64,000 bases of DNA from an uncultured virus (IMG/VR IMGVR_UViG_3300044731_000312) (IMGVR_UViG_3300044731_000312), one strand, 5' to 3'; positions 35,552-45,731 are shown, counted from the first letter of the stretch. Translations and numbers: made by a program. Notes: generated by a model from the sequence alone, not told the origin.

Positions 35552-36901
35552 TTATGAGTTAATAGTTACGAAACCAACAACAGGGCCTGTTGTACGTGAT
35601 GCTGCTGTAGCATTGTAATTGCCCATCTCGTGTACCTTGATGTCGAGGTACTGCGTTGCCTTAACATAGATTGTGTCCGTGTCGAAGCCCTTGCTTGCAT
35701 CTTGCTTGATCGATGTTGCCATGCGATCGCCAAGAGTTGCAGCCTGTGTAAGGTTACCGAAGTAAGCAAACACCTGGCTGTTAGCATCTGCTGATGGCAT
35801 CACGTCGACGAACTCGACAGGATAACCGAAGAGGCGCTGACCGAATGAGCCAGCAAGTTCTGCTGCTGTTGAACCGCCCTGTGCGTATGCGAGGCGCTCG
35901 GCTGTCTCACCGAAAGCTACCTTGTTGAAATACCACTTGGCACCCGTGAGTGCGTATGTTGGAACCTTACGCATACCAGCGATGAGGTTGCCCATTGTAA
36001 CTTCAGCGAAGGTGTTGCCAGCACATACCTGTGCTGATCCGAGGTAGCCCTTGTGTGTGTCGTTTGTCCATGTTCCGCCACCATCCTCGAGAACCTTGCG
36101 GAGCTTGCCAGCAAGACCGAGAACACCGCCGTATGTTGACGTGCCGTCACCCAAGAAACCAGCTTCGTCTTCCTTCTTTGCGAACTGGCGAGCTACCGAT
36201 TCAGCAAAGCGAAGGCCAAGATTCTGTGTGCTGTTCATTACAAGTTCTTCTGAAAGAACTGCAAGGGCATACATCTTCTTTGCGTTCAACGTCACTGCAT
36301 CAAATGACATGTCAGATGATGACAATGTACCTGTCTCTGATCCCCAGTATGCCGTCACGTCATCGCCTGTGCGGAAGATGCGGATCGACTCGGAGCCCAT
36401 AGGCTCAACACGCGTGTTGCGGCGGAATGATCCGTATGTGTCCTTCAGGTTAACGATGAGGCTTGATGTCTCCGTTGGAACGAAGATACCGCCTGTAGCG
36501 TCGTTACCTTGTGTGTGTGTCTTATAATCAAGGCCAGTAACTTCTGTGTACTTCTGGCGTGCTGTCTCGTTAGAAAGACCACCAACAAACAAGCCTGTTA
36601 CGTAAGCTTTGTACTCAGCATCTGGCATGTTGGCCTTTGCTGATGATTCGCCGACCTTGATGTCGTTTGACTTTGGCAGCTTGTTCACTGCTGTCTTCAC
36701 TTCCGTCTGGCGTTGTGCGTTCTTGGCCTTGATAGCTTCGAACGACTTTACTTCGTTAGCCTGCTCATTGAGCGCGTCAATTTCAGCGTTCAGTGTCTGT
36801 GCAGACTTTACTTCGTCCATCGTTGGCTCTGTCTTAGCAAGGAGCGTTTCGAGCTCGCTAGACTTCGCGCTGATGGCGTCGTTGATCTGTTGCAAATTCA
36901 T
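35552..36901 (-). CDS. Major capsid protein, HK97 family
   Basis: GGIFVPTE, TLNAKKM...SEEL, ED..FLGDG, LFGYPV. Confidence 0.92.
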   Translation of the reverse strand: MNLQQINDAISAKSSELETLLAKTEPTMDEVKSAQTLNAEIDALNEQANEVKSFEAIKAKNAQRQTEVKTAVNKLPKSNDIKVGESSAKANMPDAEYKAYVTGLFVGGLSNETARQKYTEVTGLDYKTHTQGNDATGGIFVPTETSSLIVNLKDTYGSFRRNTRVEPMGSESIRIFRTGDDVTAYWGSETGTLSSSDMSFDAVTLNAKKMYALAVLSEELVMNSTQNLGLRFAESVARQFAKKEDEAGFLGDGTSTYGGVLGLAGKLRKVLEDGGGTWTNDTHKGYLGSAQVCAGNTFAEVTMGNLIAGMRKVPTYALTGAKWYFNKVAFGETAERLAYAQGGSTAAELAGSFGQRLFGYPVEFVDVMPSADANSQVFAYFGNLTQAATLGDRMATSIKQDASKGFDTDTIYVKATQYLDIKVHEMGNYNATAASRTTGPVVGFVTINS

Positions 36902-37647
36902 GATTGTTTCCTCTTGTTTACTAATGCCCGCAATGCTTCCATTTCCATGGCAGCCTTTGCAGATACTGGTTGTGCCGCGTCAATAAGCATCTTGATATTG
37001 CCTACTGCAGCGGTCAGTGTGTCCATCAATTCGGTCAGGCGTGCCACGTTTGCCGACGAAAGCGTGCGCCCTTCCTTTTGCCTAATCTCTGCGCGTTCGT
37101 TCAGCCTTGTGATGATACGGCCGACGTCAGCTCCAACGTCTTCCAAGTCATCGTTAAGTCCCTTAGCGCTAATAAGTGCCGTTTGTGAGTTAGCACCGAA
37201 CAGCACTGGTGACCACTCATAGAGTTTCCCCTTAACTAGTTCACGTGCTCCGTCCTGTGCAAATGTTTCCTCGACTACTGAATAACCGATCGAGAACTCG
37301 TCGATAATACCTTCCTTGATGTCGGAATAGGTCTCGCGGCCTCGCTGTGTATTCATGTTGAATTGGCCCCTGATGTACAGGCCACCGAGGTCTTTTAAGC
37401 TATCGGGCAGCATGGCGTCGCCTGGCATCAGCTCACGTGCTTCTAATGTCTTGGCCACTGGTGTTTTCCAGTCGTGAGCCCAGACGCCCTTTGGCAGTTT
37501 GGTCTTCAGCGAATCGTCGAAGAAACCATACTTAACACGGTCGCCGTAGCTGTCGACGTTATTAAACACGGAGACAATGGCCTCGATTACGCCACTGTCA
37601 CCCTCTGCCTTAGCTTGAAATTCAAAAGTCTTACGTTCAATTTTCAT
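36898..37647 (-). CDS. HK97-family prohead protease
   Basis: VDSYGD, WAHD, FSIGY, LYEWSPV..GAN. Confidence 0.9.
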   Translation of the reverse strand: MKIERKTFEFQAKAEGDSGVIEAIVSVFNNVDSYGDRVKYGFFDDSLKTKLPKGVWAHDWKTPVAKTLEARELMPGDAMLPDSLKDLGGLYIRGQFNMNTQRGRETYSDIKEGIIDEFSIGYSVVEETFAQDGARELVKGKLYEWSPVLFGANSQTALISAKGLNDDLEDVGADVGRIITRLNERAEIRQKEGRTLSSANVARLTELMDTLTAAVGNIKMLIDAAQPVSAKAAMEMEALRALVNKRKQS

Positions 37648-37693
37648 GGTGTGTTCCCCATACCATACGAATTTGGGTTATGCTGTTGTTTAA

Positions 37694-37702
37694 TTATCCA
37701 CA
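37694..37702. promoter_or_regulatory. Perfect DnaA box in the portal-protease intergenic region
   Basis: TTATCCACA. Confidence 0.55.
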
Positions 37703-37704
37703 AG

Positions 37705-39630
37705 TTAGAGTTGCCTTGCACGTGTGAAACATCGGCAGTTGACGGAGTTGGATGCTGACAAGCCCTCGCCTGCAGGATACGAGGTGCGTTCGCCACCTAC
37801 TGTGAACTTGCCCTCGGCATCTTCTAATTGGTCATGCGCTGCAGCGTGTGCACTACGTGCCCCTGACAAAGCCACCCACGACCGTCTGATACCGCCCAGC
37901 TCATCCCAGACGGATTTCTGCACAGTGCCTGTTGTGGCTGTGGCTGTAGTGCGAGCGATGGCATTAGCACGTGATACCTTCAGGTCGGAAAACTTCTCCT
38001 TCAAAAGCCTTGCCAGTTCCTCCTCACCAACGCCTGCATTCTGTCGTAGTAGAGTCTGGATGTCGGTTCTGATGGTTCCTACGGAGTCCGCTATCTTATT
38101 GGCGCTCTCTGTTATACCAGCCTCACGGCCGCGTGTGAACTCACCCTCAGCGTCGACCTCTTCCTGTGCTAATGCCAGCACGATCTCAGTGAGCTCGGTA
38201 CGGCTGTCCTCGGTGCCGTCAACGAAATTCTTTTCCCACACATCGAGGCTGAATTGGTCGTCTATCTTGGTCTCGATGCGGAGTGACTTAACGTCAGCGG
38301 TGATGCTGTCGTACAAATCATCCAACACACGCCCCCACTCCTTAGCGATCTTCTCGGATTGTTTGTTCAACAGGTCGTCGTAGGCTTTGGCGTAGACTTG
38401 CGAGTCGGGATGGTGCAGCCATGCTTTTGTTTCGGGGCCTATGGTAACGCTGTAGTTTTTTTGAAAGTATTTGTCGGAAGACACGCCACCTCCGAGGCTT
38501 AGTGTCTCCGGTGAATCGTCGACGTCTGAATCATCGTCTACGTTGCTGTCATTGTCTGTAGATACCGCTTCCATGGCGATGGTCTCACCAGCGAGAGCCT
38601 GCACTGTGGAGAGGTCAAAACCAAGTTGCACGCCATACTCTGGGATAGCTAGCTGTGCGTTGATCTGGTCAGCGATCATGTTCCAGAAGGGAACACGCAC
38701 CATGTTCGTGAAATCCTTACTTGCCTGTTCAAAATTGCTGTAGGTGGCTGAAGACAGCCCCATATGCGTCCCTGCAATAATCGGGTGCACCTTGTAAGCA
38801 CCACAGATGCGCGTCTCGTATTGACCGAATGTGTCACTTAGTCCCAATTCGTTCCAGTCGAGGGCAAGGCGCTTGACGTCTCTAACACCCCAGACAATAC
38901 CCACGCTACCACGACGTTCGCCTCCGTACTTGCGAGAAAAAGATTTTTGTGCAAGTGAAGCCTGTTCGCTGCTGAGTTCCTCATCGTACACTAGCAACGT
39001 CTTCGGCATGGCATCGTTCTTGTGGATGTTAAACACCGTCGACGTTGCCTCATTATACCCCTCGATAGACTGCGCTGCTAACTCCACAGGGCTGCCACCA
39101 CCAAGTGTTTTCTCGGGATCGTACCAGAAGCCCTGAATGTGAACGACGTCTTCCTTGCGAACTGTATAGGCAACCTGTCCGTCATAGTATAGATAGTGGC
39201 TTACGTCACCGTAACCATCGTTAACAGGGGCAAAGTTCTTATCTGAATACCAGCGCATGCCGATGATAGCACCCGAGGCGTTGCGTAGCTTGTAACCATA
39301 GGCGTTGCCACCGATGCATAGGATCGTCATGATCTCGCCAAACGTGACACGCCACTGGTTACGTGTTAGCATCCCCACGATAGGGCTTTCGAAGTCGTAA
39401 CCGTTCGGAGTGATCACACCGATCTGTGCTTCCGGCATCATCAGCGAATACGTCAGAGTGCATGCCACAGCCACAGGGTTCGCCTTCCACATCTGGTAAG
39501 CACCACGCCAGTTGACGATAGGTGTGAAGTTATGTTTGTTCCACAACTCCGTAACTGGAATCGGTAGGTCGTTCTGTGCGACCTCACCAGTAGGGGAGAT
39601 GAAAGCCTTGATTTGTTGAATTAGTCCCAT
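37705..39630 (-). CDS. Portal fused to MuF-like domain
   Basis: GGNAY, DVVHI, G.SP; C-terminal R.AH...VNCRC. Confidence 0.88.
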   Translation of the reverse strand: MGLIQQIKAFISPTGEVAQNDLPIPVTELWNKHNFTPIVNWRGAYQMWKANPVAVACTLTYSLMMPEAQIGVITPNGYDFESPIVGMLTRNQWRVTFGEIMTILCIGGNAYGYKLRNASGAIIGMRWYSDKNFAPVNDGYGDVSHYLYYDGQVAYTVRKEDVVHIQGFWYDPEKTLGGGSPVELAAQSIEGYNEATSTVFNIHKNDAMPKTLLVYDEELSSEQASLAQKSFSRKYGGERRGSVGIVWGVRDVKRLALDWNELGLSDTFGQYETRICGAYKVHPIIAGTHMGLSSATYSNFEQASKDFTNMVRVPFWNMIADQINAQLAIPEYGVQLGFDLSTVQALAGETIAMEAVSTDNDSNVDDDSDVDDSPETLSLGGGVSSDKYFQKNYSVTIGPETKAWLHHPDSQVYAKAYDDLLNKQSEKIAKEWGRVLDDLYDSITADVKSLRIETKIDDQFSLDVWEKNFVDGTEDSRTELTEIVLALAQEEVDAEGEFTRGREAGITESANKIADSVGTIRTDIQTLLRQNAGVGEEELARLLKEKFSDLKVSRANAIARTTATATTGTVQKSVWDELGGIRRSWVALSGARSAHAAAHDQLEDAEGKFTVGGERTSYPAGEGLSASNSVNCRCFTRARQL

Positions 39631-39642
39631 TGTTCTAGTCCG

Positions 39643-40815
39643 TTATAGAAAAACAACCCCAGCGCCTTGCGACTTAACAGCCGCCATCTCAGCATATACG
39701 AGAGCGTCCACCATGTCGTCATGGTTACCCTCTGGAAAAGAAAGTAGTTCTTGTTCGAATGAAGGCTCCAGCCCCCGTACGTGTGTAACCAGTAGCTGCT
39801 CATACCTTGCCAGCAAAGCGTGAAAACGTGTTACCTTGTCACGGTCTGGTTTGACAGCCTTGACAGGTAGGGATGTCTTGCGGAGAAGTTCCTGCACTAC
39901 TGCCACCTGATACTGGACTGCCTCGATGTTGATGCGCGATGGGTTCCACTTGGCAGCCAGGCTTTGTACGCCTTGGACGACTTCGTGAAACCCCACCTTG
40001 CCCCTCCACATGTCCAGCACGTACCTACGCCCCGAGTCCTTGTCGTAGCCAACTACGGCGATGGCGGTATAGTCAGCGGTATCGGATTTTGAGATCGCCA
40101 AATCAACACCCATCCCGATCTTCAGATCTCTAGGCACCTGGTCGCTGTTGACGTACGTGATCATCTCACGTTTAACCAGAGCACCCTGCACGTCTACAAA
40201 CTCTGCGAGGTATTCCTGGTTAAACACGACTGTAGGGAGTTCGCGTTGTGCAGCGTCTATCTCATCCTGTGCGATGTAGGGATTTACGCTTGTAGGCATA
40301 CGGAAGCTTGCATACGTCTCGTCCAGCCGTGCACGTTCGTACATCGCATGGAAGTCATTGCGTCCCTTAGGCGTGCTGAAGAAATACCCGTCCCCCTTGT
40401 AATCCGTTAACGTCGGCCGGATCGCCTCATTCCATGCGTCCATGAAGTTCTTAACCATCGCCACCTCATCGTTCACCACACGGGCATACTTACGGCCCCG
40501 CACGCTGTCGAAGGCGTCTAATGACCAGCAGTCGATGATACCACCCGTCTCAATAGTCAGCCGCTTCTCTTGTTCACTTACACCCGTGATTATAGGATGC
40601 AGGGTTGTCTTGAGTGCCTTCCAAACATCAGATAGCATCTTGTACGTCGGTGCAAAGTATGCCGCTGGTTTGCCCATGATAGCCGACTCAATAAGCAGGG
40701 CTTCCGCCATCACGGTCTTGCCAAACCTACGACCACAGGCGACCGTGTTGAATCGCCTCCGGTTACGGAAGATTAGCTTCTGGCCGTCGTGTAATTGGGC
40801 GTCGATGGTAATCAC
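39643..40815 (-). CDS. terL: Terminase large subunit
   Basis: GRRFGKT, VRG, NDE, FSTPKG, GVDLA, FP.G.HDDMVDA. Confidence 0.92.
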   Translation of the reverse strand: MITIDAQLHDGQKLIFRNRRRFNTVACGRRFGKTVMAEALLIESAIMGKPAAYFAPTYKMLSDVWKALKTTLHPIITGVSEQEKRLTIETGGIIDCWSLDAFDSVRGRKYARVVNDEVAMVKNFMDAWNEAIRPTLTDYKGDGYFFSTPKGRNDFHAMYERARLDETYASFRMPTSVNPYIAQDEIDAAQRELPTVVFNQEYLAEFVDVQGALVKREMITYVNSDQVPRDLKIGMGVDLAISKSDTADYTAIAVVGYDKDSGRRYVLDMWRGKVGFHEVVQGVQSLAAKWNPSRINIEAVQYQVAVVQELLRKTSLPVKAVKPDRDKVTRFHALLARYEQLLVTHVRGLEPSFEQELLSFPEGNHDDMVDALVYAEMAAVKSQGAGVVFL

Positions 40816-41201
40816 AACGAAGCGTCCTTCGGGCCTATGGCGATAATCTCTGCATCCTCGATGTGTTTGGGTTCCTCATGTGTGGGGGCGAGCACTATCC
40901 TGATGTCTGTCTTGCCTGATACCTCCGTAGCTGCCTTGTCCGTCTGTGCTAGGTGCTGTTTGCCCAGCCAGATCAACATCGTATTATCCCCTGACAGCGC
41001 CTTGTCGATCTGTGTCTGTGCCAGCTGGAACCTGACGTCATTGCGTTCGTTCTCTATCATGAGGGCATAGTCAGCCTTCAACTCGCTTACCGGCACGTCA
41101 CGGTTCAACAGAACCGAGCACCACCGTGACAGGGCAGTCCACCCCATCATGGCGCGTGCACGACGTTTCAGTTCGGCCTCTTGTGAAGGTGTTAGGTTCA
41201 T
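40812..41201 (-). CDS. terS: Terminase small subunit (putative)
   Basis: A.SGD.TMLIWLGKQ.L.Q.D motif; upstream of terL. Confidence 0.75.
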   Translation of the reverse strand: MNLTPSQEAELKRRARAMMGWTALSRWCSVLLNRDVPVSELKADYALMIENERNDVRFQLAQTQIDKALSGDNTMLIWLGKQHLAQTDKAATEVSGKTDIRIVLAPTHEEPKHIEDAEIIAIGPKDASL

Positions 41202-41202
41202 T

Positions 41203-41243
41203 CAGCTATTAAGTTATACTTAATAGTTGGTCACTTATCCACA
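41203..41243. promoter_or_regulatory. Palindrome plus perfect DnaA box upstream of terS
   Basis: CAGCTATTAAGT-TAT-ACTTAATAGTTG (41203-41229); TTATCCACA (41235-41243). Confidence 0.6.
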
Positions 41244-41246
41244 ACA

Positions 41247-41546
41247 TCACAAGCCCCTCATAAGGCTGGCATAGTTGATTTGTTGTATGTCGTTAACGAC
41301 CGACCGCACGTCGCTGTACATCAGGTAGGCATCCTCGATGCTGGCGATGCCGTGCAAGACCGTAGCATGGTGCTTTTGGCTGTGCTTGGCAATCGAGGTT
41401 AGCGTCCACCCGTAGTGTTTGCTCAGGATATACCACGTGATAGAACGCGCACGTACGACGTCAGCACGTCGTGTGGCGCTGAACGCCTCCTCAAGTGTCA
41501 CACCGCAAAGTGTGCATACGTCCGATAAGATCAACTCGTATAACAT
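41247..41546 (-). CDS. Stand-alone DnaA domain IV-like HTH protein
   Basis: R..DVVRAR...YI...TLTSIA....KHHATVLHG. Confidence 0.8.
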   Translation of the reverse strand: MLYELILSDVCTLCGVTLEEAFSATRRADVVRARSITWYILSKHYGWTLTSIAKHSQKHHATVLHGIASIEDAYLMYSDVRSVVNDIQQINYASLMRGL

Positions 41547-41554
41547 AAAAACCC

Positions 41555-41986
41555 CTAATTCTTTTTGACGAACTCGATGGCATCGTCGACAGATCTGACG
41601 ATCCCATAGGGTACGCCATAGCGCAGGCAGCAGTCCGAGAACCTATCCTGTGAATCTGACTTACGACCGCGTGCGGCTTTGACTTCTAACATCCACGCCT
41701 TGCCATCACGATAGACAGCCAGGTCAGCATGGCCCGATGTGGCGTTGATGTTCACCACGCGGTACGATGATAGCCGTGTCCCGTGTTCCAGCTGTTGTGT
41801 GCTGCTGTTCACCCGCACCACCATATACCCGATAAGGCATAATTGGTCTGCTATGGCCTTCTGTATTACCCGTTCGGGTATAATCCCAGATGCTTTCTTG
41901 GCAGCCTTGGCACGCTTGGCAGCCTTCAGCTCATCCAGCAGCCTGTGCTCGCTCGCATCCCAGTCCAGATCGTCTATCTCTCTCAT
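41555..41986 (-). CDS. VRR-NUC nuclease (start MREIDD)
   Basis: E..IQ.AI, G.ADL, LEVK, S.SQ..F. Confidence 0.8.
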   Translation of the reverse strand: MREIDDLDWDASEHRLLDELKAAKRAKAAKKASGIIPERVIQKAIADQLCLIGYMVVRVNSSTQQLEHGTRLSSYRVVNINATSGHADLAVYRDGKAWMLEVKAARGRKSDSQDRFSDCCLRYGVPYGIVRSVDDAIEFVKKN

Positions 41987-42657
41987 TGCATCCCTTGGTT
42001 GTTGTAACAGTGCCACAGTCCGTCGGTACCTTCGAACCATGTGTAGTCGTCGACGTTATGCTCATACATCAGGGACAGCATGGTCTTGCCAGCCTTGACT
42101 CTACAACGTTCCACCACGGCCGACTCCAGTACCTCATGGCTCGGGATTAGTCTGGCCTCGGTAGCGGTGAACTGATGAATATCAGGGCCGTCGTCTGGTA
42201 AGAACCCATCCCACGCGTCGCCTGGTGGCTGTTTATATCGCTTAAAATACTCCCAATCAACAGATAGCACGTCGTACAAATACGTACCTCGGGTTGCCTC
42301 GACGACAGCATCTATGTTTTTAGGTTGCAAGGTGCCACCTGACGTAGCAACCGACGCCAAATCGTCGCAACTGTAACGGTACCATTGACTTACGAGGAAA
42401 TCCAGCATCCTCTCGGTTGCTAGGTTGCAGGGTGAAACTATAGTTTTCACTCTATACTTTTCATTTATTTCTCCTTCTACTTCTAATATATTCTTACAAC
42501 CTAGCAACCTAGAGAAGTAAGTATATATAAACAAAGGGGATAGGTCGGTTGCCACCTGTTCGTCTGAACTGACAACCTTCTGGCAATCCGGCAACCTAGG
42601 TTTGGCAACTGGACTCAGAAGCCCCATCTCTACCAATTCGTCACGTGTGAACAGCAT
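41983..42657 (-). CDS. Hypothetical protein overlapping the putative origin (5' half doubtful)
   Basis: ORF coupled at both ends, but its N-terminal half runs through origin repeats. Confidence 0.4.
   Translation of the reverse strand: MLFTRDELVEMGLLSPVAKPRLPDCQKVVSSDEQVATDLSPLFIYTYFSRLLGCKNILEVEGEINEKYRVKTIVSPCNLATERMLDFLVSQWYRYSCDDLASVATSGGTLQPKNIDAVVEATRGTYLYDVLSVDWEYFKRYKQPPGDAWDGFLPDDGPDIHQFTATEARLIPSHEVLESAVVERCRVKAGKTMLSLMYEHNVDDYTWFEGTDGLWHCYNNQGMQ
42290..42612. repeat. Putative replication origin of B: GGTTGC/GCAACC repeats around an AT-rich core
   Basis: Perfect inverted 13-mers at 42415-42427 and 42497-42509, plus further copies, just downstream of the primase-helicase. Confidence 0.65.
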
Positions 42658-44798
42658 TAGAATTCCCCTTCCTCATCGACAGTAAACTGTGAATGTGCTG
42701 AAGACTTCGTGCCTATAATAACGTTGTAGCCCCTTCGCGTGCCCGTCGTGGTCTTTTTAGCTATGCGGGGTATGTTGGCCTTGGCTAATGCCCTTCCAAG
42801 CCCGTAAATGAACTTATCGTTGATTTGCAGGGATATCTTCTCTTCATCGTAGACACGGTTCGCCAGCTGTGATGCCACCTCGGATGTAGTCAGGAAAGGC
42901 ACGTGAGCCCCTGAGCCCTCCGGCTTGTGCGTTATGTACTTGGACACTAGGTCATCATACTGTGTCAACACCTCGAAGTGCTTATTCCAGTCGTTGATCT
43001 TGCTTATCTCCCGATCATCAAACCAGTAACGCTTGCCTTCACGATAATAGGCCACAGCTTGCGACCACAGACCGTCGATGTCAAACTGCCGTATTGAGGT
43101 AATGTCGATGTTGCCCCCTACCGGTATGACAGGGAACCGGCGCGATCCGGTCTCGTCGTTTAGGAACGTTCGCCTATTAACAGATCCTGCAAAGGAGCAT
43201 CTTCTGGCGTACGTAGTCTCATACTTATCGTAAGGAGACCGCAGGCGCATAGTGTCGGAAGTAATGATGGCCTTGATAGATTCGTGCTGTTTTTTGGTCA
43301 TCGACTCCAGTTCGTCATCTACGACCATGAACGACCTGGCAATGATCAGTTTGACGTCCTTGTCATCCGAGATGCTGCCCTCATGGTAATAGTCTTGGCG
43401 AAGTTCAACAGGGCATAGGTGCCGTAGATAGGTCGTCTTGCCTATCCCTTGCCCCCCCTGTAGAATTAGCATGATGTGGTTCGGTTTGTGATCCAAAGCA
43501 CCGGCCACGGCCCCTATGAGCCACTTCTCGATGATCATCTCGAATATGGCATGCTGTACTTCGGCTGAGTTGTGCTTTCCATCGTCGATATCGGCATCGT
43601 GTGGCAGTAGCTGGACATAATCACGGATGAAATTGCGATCGCCTGCTTTCCACTCGTCCAAACCTTCGAAATAGGATTTGATAGGGTCGTGCTTAGGTAC
43701 GAAATCACTGTCGAGCACTTCGTTCATGCGCTCTTTGGTGATCTTGATGCCTATCTTCCGCATCTTACGAAGCTGACTGTGCACCCAGTAGTCCGTCAAG
43801 GCTTCAAATTTTACGTCGTTGTCACCCCTGAGCTCGATTTTGCCTGTGATGACATTCTTGCGAAACTCGTAACCACTTGAAAGATAGCTTTCAACCTTGT
43901 CGAGGATCTCGGTGGGGTCTTTGGTCTCAAGTTTGATGATGTCCTTGGGTACCTCATAACCGTGTAGCTTGGCGTAATAGTACAGCGTGGCAGTGGTCAC
44001 CCGTGTTAGCTTATTTTTCAGAACATCGGCATACGTCAGGCCTCCAGACATCGGTGACCACTCCTCGAGGAGCTGTGCGGCCATCTTATCGTCACCCAGG
44101 GCGTGTGCTACTGCTGCCACTACTTTCTTCCACTGGATGTGATCCTGCTGCTTAGGTATGACACGTAGCATGGCCCTGATCTGGTCGACGTTAGGCTTGG
44201 TACCTCCAAAGGCGTTGAAAGCGATCTCCAGATCCCGTGCTTCCTCATGGCCGTCTGTCATGTCCGCGATCTGATCCATGGTCAGGATGTTACCCCAGAC
44301 ATGGATCTGTGCGTTCTTAGCACCAAACCAGATGCGTACTGCATCCCGTGCGTTGGTATCGCCTCCGAAGCGTTCAGCCAGGGCGGTAGTTATGGCCTTG
44401 TAGTCTTTGGCGTTGCGTATGGGCTCCTCGGTTATGAACATAACCCTATAACGTGGGTTCTCTGCCGTGTGCGAGGCTGTCGTATATGCGAACGAAGCAT
44501 ACTTACGGAAATATGGGTCTGCCTCGATGTCGTCGAAGCTGTGCTTGCCATTGTCGACGTCGACACCCACGATCTGTGCAGACTTGAAAGCATCCCCGTT
44601 ACGCTTTGCAAACCCTGTCTTCTGATCGACGTGTAGGTCAGCACAGCAGATAGGCCACCCGTGACCTACGAGGTGGTTGATGATGTCATCGCTGACCATC
44701 TCGACAGGTGAGAGCTGGGCGCTTAGTGCTACCCAATCCTGACGTGTTGCGGCCTTGTTGACAACAGTTTTGTTAATCGATAGACGTATCACTTGCAC
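42657..44798 (-). CDS. VirE/VapE-family primase-helicase (AEP-like N-terminus, PriCT-2, P-loop)
   Basis: DVD, YTTASH, PRYR; GGQGIGKT, DDEL, R.PY, FLNDETGSRRF. Confidence 0.88.
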   Translation of the reverse strand: MQVIRLSINKTVVNKAATRQDWVALSAQLSPVEMVSDDIINHLVGHGWPICCADLHVDQKTGFAKRNGDAFKSAQIVGVDVDNGKHSFDDIEADPYFRKYASFAYTTASHTAENPRYRVMFITEEPIRNAKDYKAITTALAERFGGDTNARDAVRIWFGAKNAQIHVWGNILTMDQIADMTDGHEEARDLEIAFNAFGGTKPNVDQIRAMLRVIPKQQDHIQWKKVVAAVAHALGDDKMAAQLLEEWSPMSGGLTYADVLKNKLTRVTTATLYYYAKLHGYEVPKDIIKLETKDPTEILDKVESYLSSGYEFRKNVITGKIELRGDNDVKFEALTDYWVHSQLRKMRKIGIKITKERMNEVLDSDFVPKHDPIKSYFEGLDEWKAGDRNFIRDYVQLLPHDADIDDGKHNSAEVQHAIFEMIIEKWLIGAVAGALDHKPNHIMLILQGGQGIGKTTYLRHLCPVELRQDYYHEGSISDDKDVKLIIARSFMVVDDELESMTKKQHESIKAIITSDTMRLRSPYDKYETTYARRCSFAGSVNRRTFLNDETGSRRFPVIPVGGNIDITSIRQFDIDGLWSQAVAYYREGKRYWFDDREISKINDWNKHFEVLTQYDDLVSKYITHKPEGSGAHVPFLTTSEVASQLANRVYDEEKISLQINDKFIYGLGRALAKANIPRIAKKTTTGTRRGYNVIIGTKSSAHSQFTVDEEGEF

Positions 44799-44822
44799 GT
44801 GGTTGTTCTCCGTGTGTAGATG

Positions 44823-45026
44823 TTAAAGAATTATGAAAGCTAACAACTTGATAGCCACGTAAGCTATCCCCAGTGCTACGGCACCGATTCCAGCCACTGC
44901 AGCCACGAAGGCCAGCGTTGTAGTGTATACGACAGCCTGACGTGCCCAGGGGGGCAGAGGCGAAGGACGTGAGATGATTAGCTCACGTTCAGCATCGAGG
45001 GCTTTGCGGAAGTCATCGCGGTTCAT
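44823..45026 (-). CDS. Small membrane protein
   Basis: Long hydrophobic C-terminus. Confidence 0.55.
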   Translation of the reverse strand: MNRDDFRKALDAERELIISRPSPLPPWARQAVVYTTTLAFVAAVAGIGAVALGIAYVAIKLLAFIIL

Positions 45027-45526
45027 GGTGTTTTCTCCAATAATTCATGTGCTGTTTTTTTGTAATACATTTTCCCAAGATCCACCATCGATGGCCTCAT
45101 CCATGGAGCAACGGTTTTATACTCGTTTATGCAGCTTTCAAAAAAATCTTTATCTGCCCATGATCTGTTTGAGTTACACCAATAGCATGATGCTATTAAA
45201 TTCAATGGATCGTTGTTTGCATTGTTACCATCAATATGGTCAACATTCACGACCATGCTTTGAACTTTATTAGTACCCGAGTATTTAACTTTCCAAAAAA
45301 GTGGATAACCGCACCAATGGCAAGGACTGTACACATGATCCTTATATCTTATTTCATAGCATAACAATCTATGCGCTGGTATTACTCCTTTTTTATTAGC
45401 TAAAAAATGATCAGGTAAACCTGAAACATCGTAATACCCATTAATACTATGCCATATTTTTATATTTTCAGCAATTTGTGGTAAAAAATTGCTGAAATGC
45501 TCGTATAAAGTCTCATTAACTTTCAT
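45023..45526 (-). CDS. HNH endonuclease, AT-rich (start MKVNE)
   Basis: AHRL, CHWCG, VDHIDGN..NN...NL..SC..CN. Confidence 0.8.
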   Translation of the reverse strand: MKVNETLYEHFSNFLPQIAENIKIWHSINGYYDVSGLPDHFLANKKGVIPAHRLLCYEIRYKDHVYSPCHWCGYPLFWKVKYSGTNKVQSMVVNVDHIDGNNANNDPLNLIASCYWCNSNRSWADKDFFESCINEYKTVAPWMRPSMVDLGKMYYKKTAHELLEKTP

Positions 45527-45731
45527 GCTCACTCCGTGTTGTTGGCATAAAATAGAAACACCCATCGTCGTATGTGAACGGTGGGGTCGTGATGATGACC
45601 CGAGGGTCGAAGTCTGTTTTGCCGTCTTGCTTGGCTCTTACTAAGCTGTCGTAGACAACCCAGCGGGCGCACTTGTCTTTCTGAGCACAGGGGCCGCCTA
45701 TGCATACGGCGATGTCGAGGGGGAGGTTCAT
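45516..45731 (-). CDS. Small Cys-rich protein
   Basis: DIAVC....C.....C.R...C..F. Confidence 0.65.
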   Translation of the reverse strand: MNLPLDIAVCIGGPCAQKDKCARWVVYDSLVRAKQDGKTDFDPRVIITTPPFTYDDGCFYFMPTTRSEHES

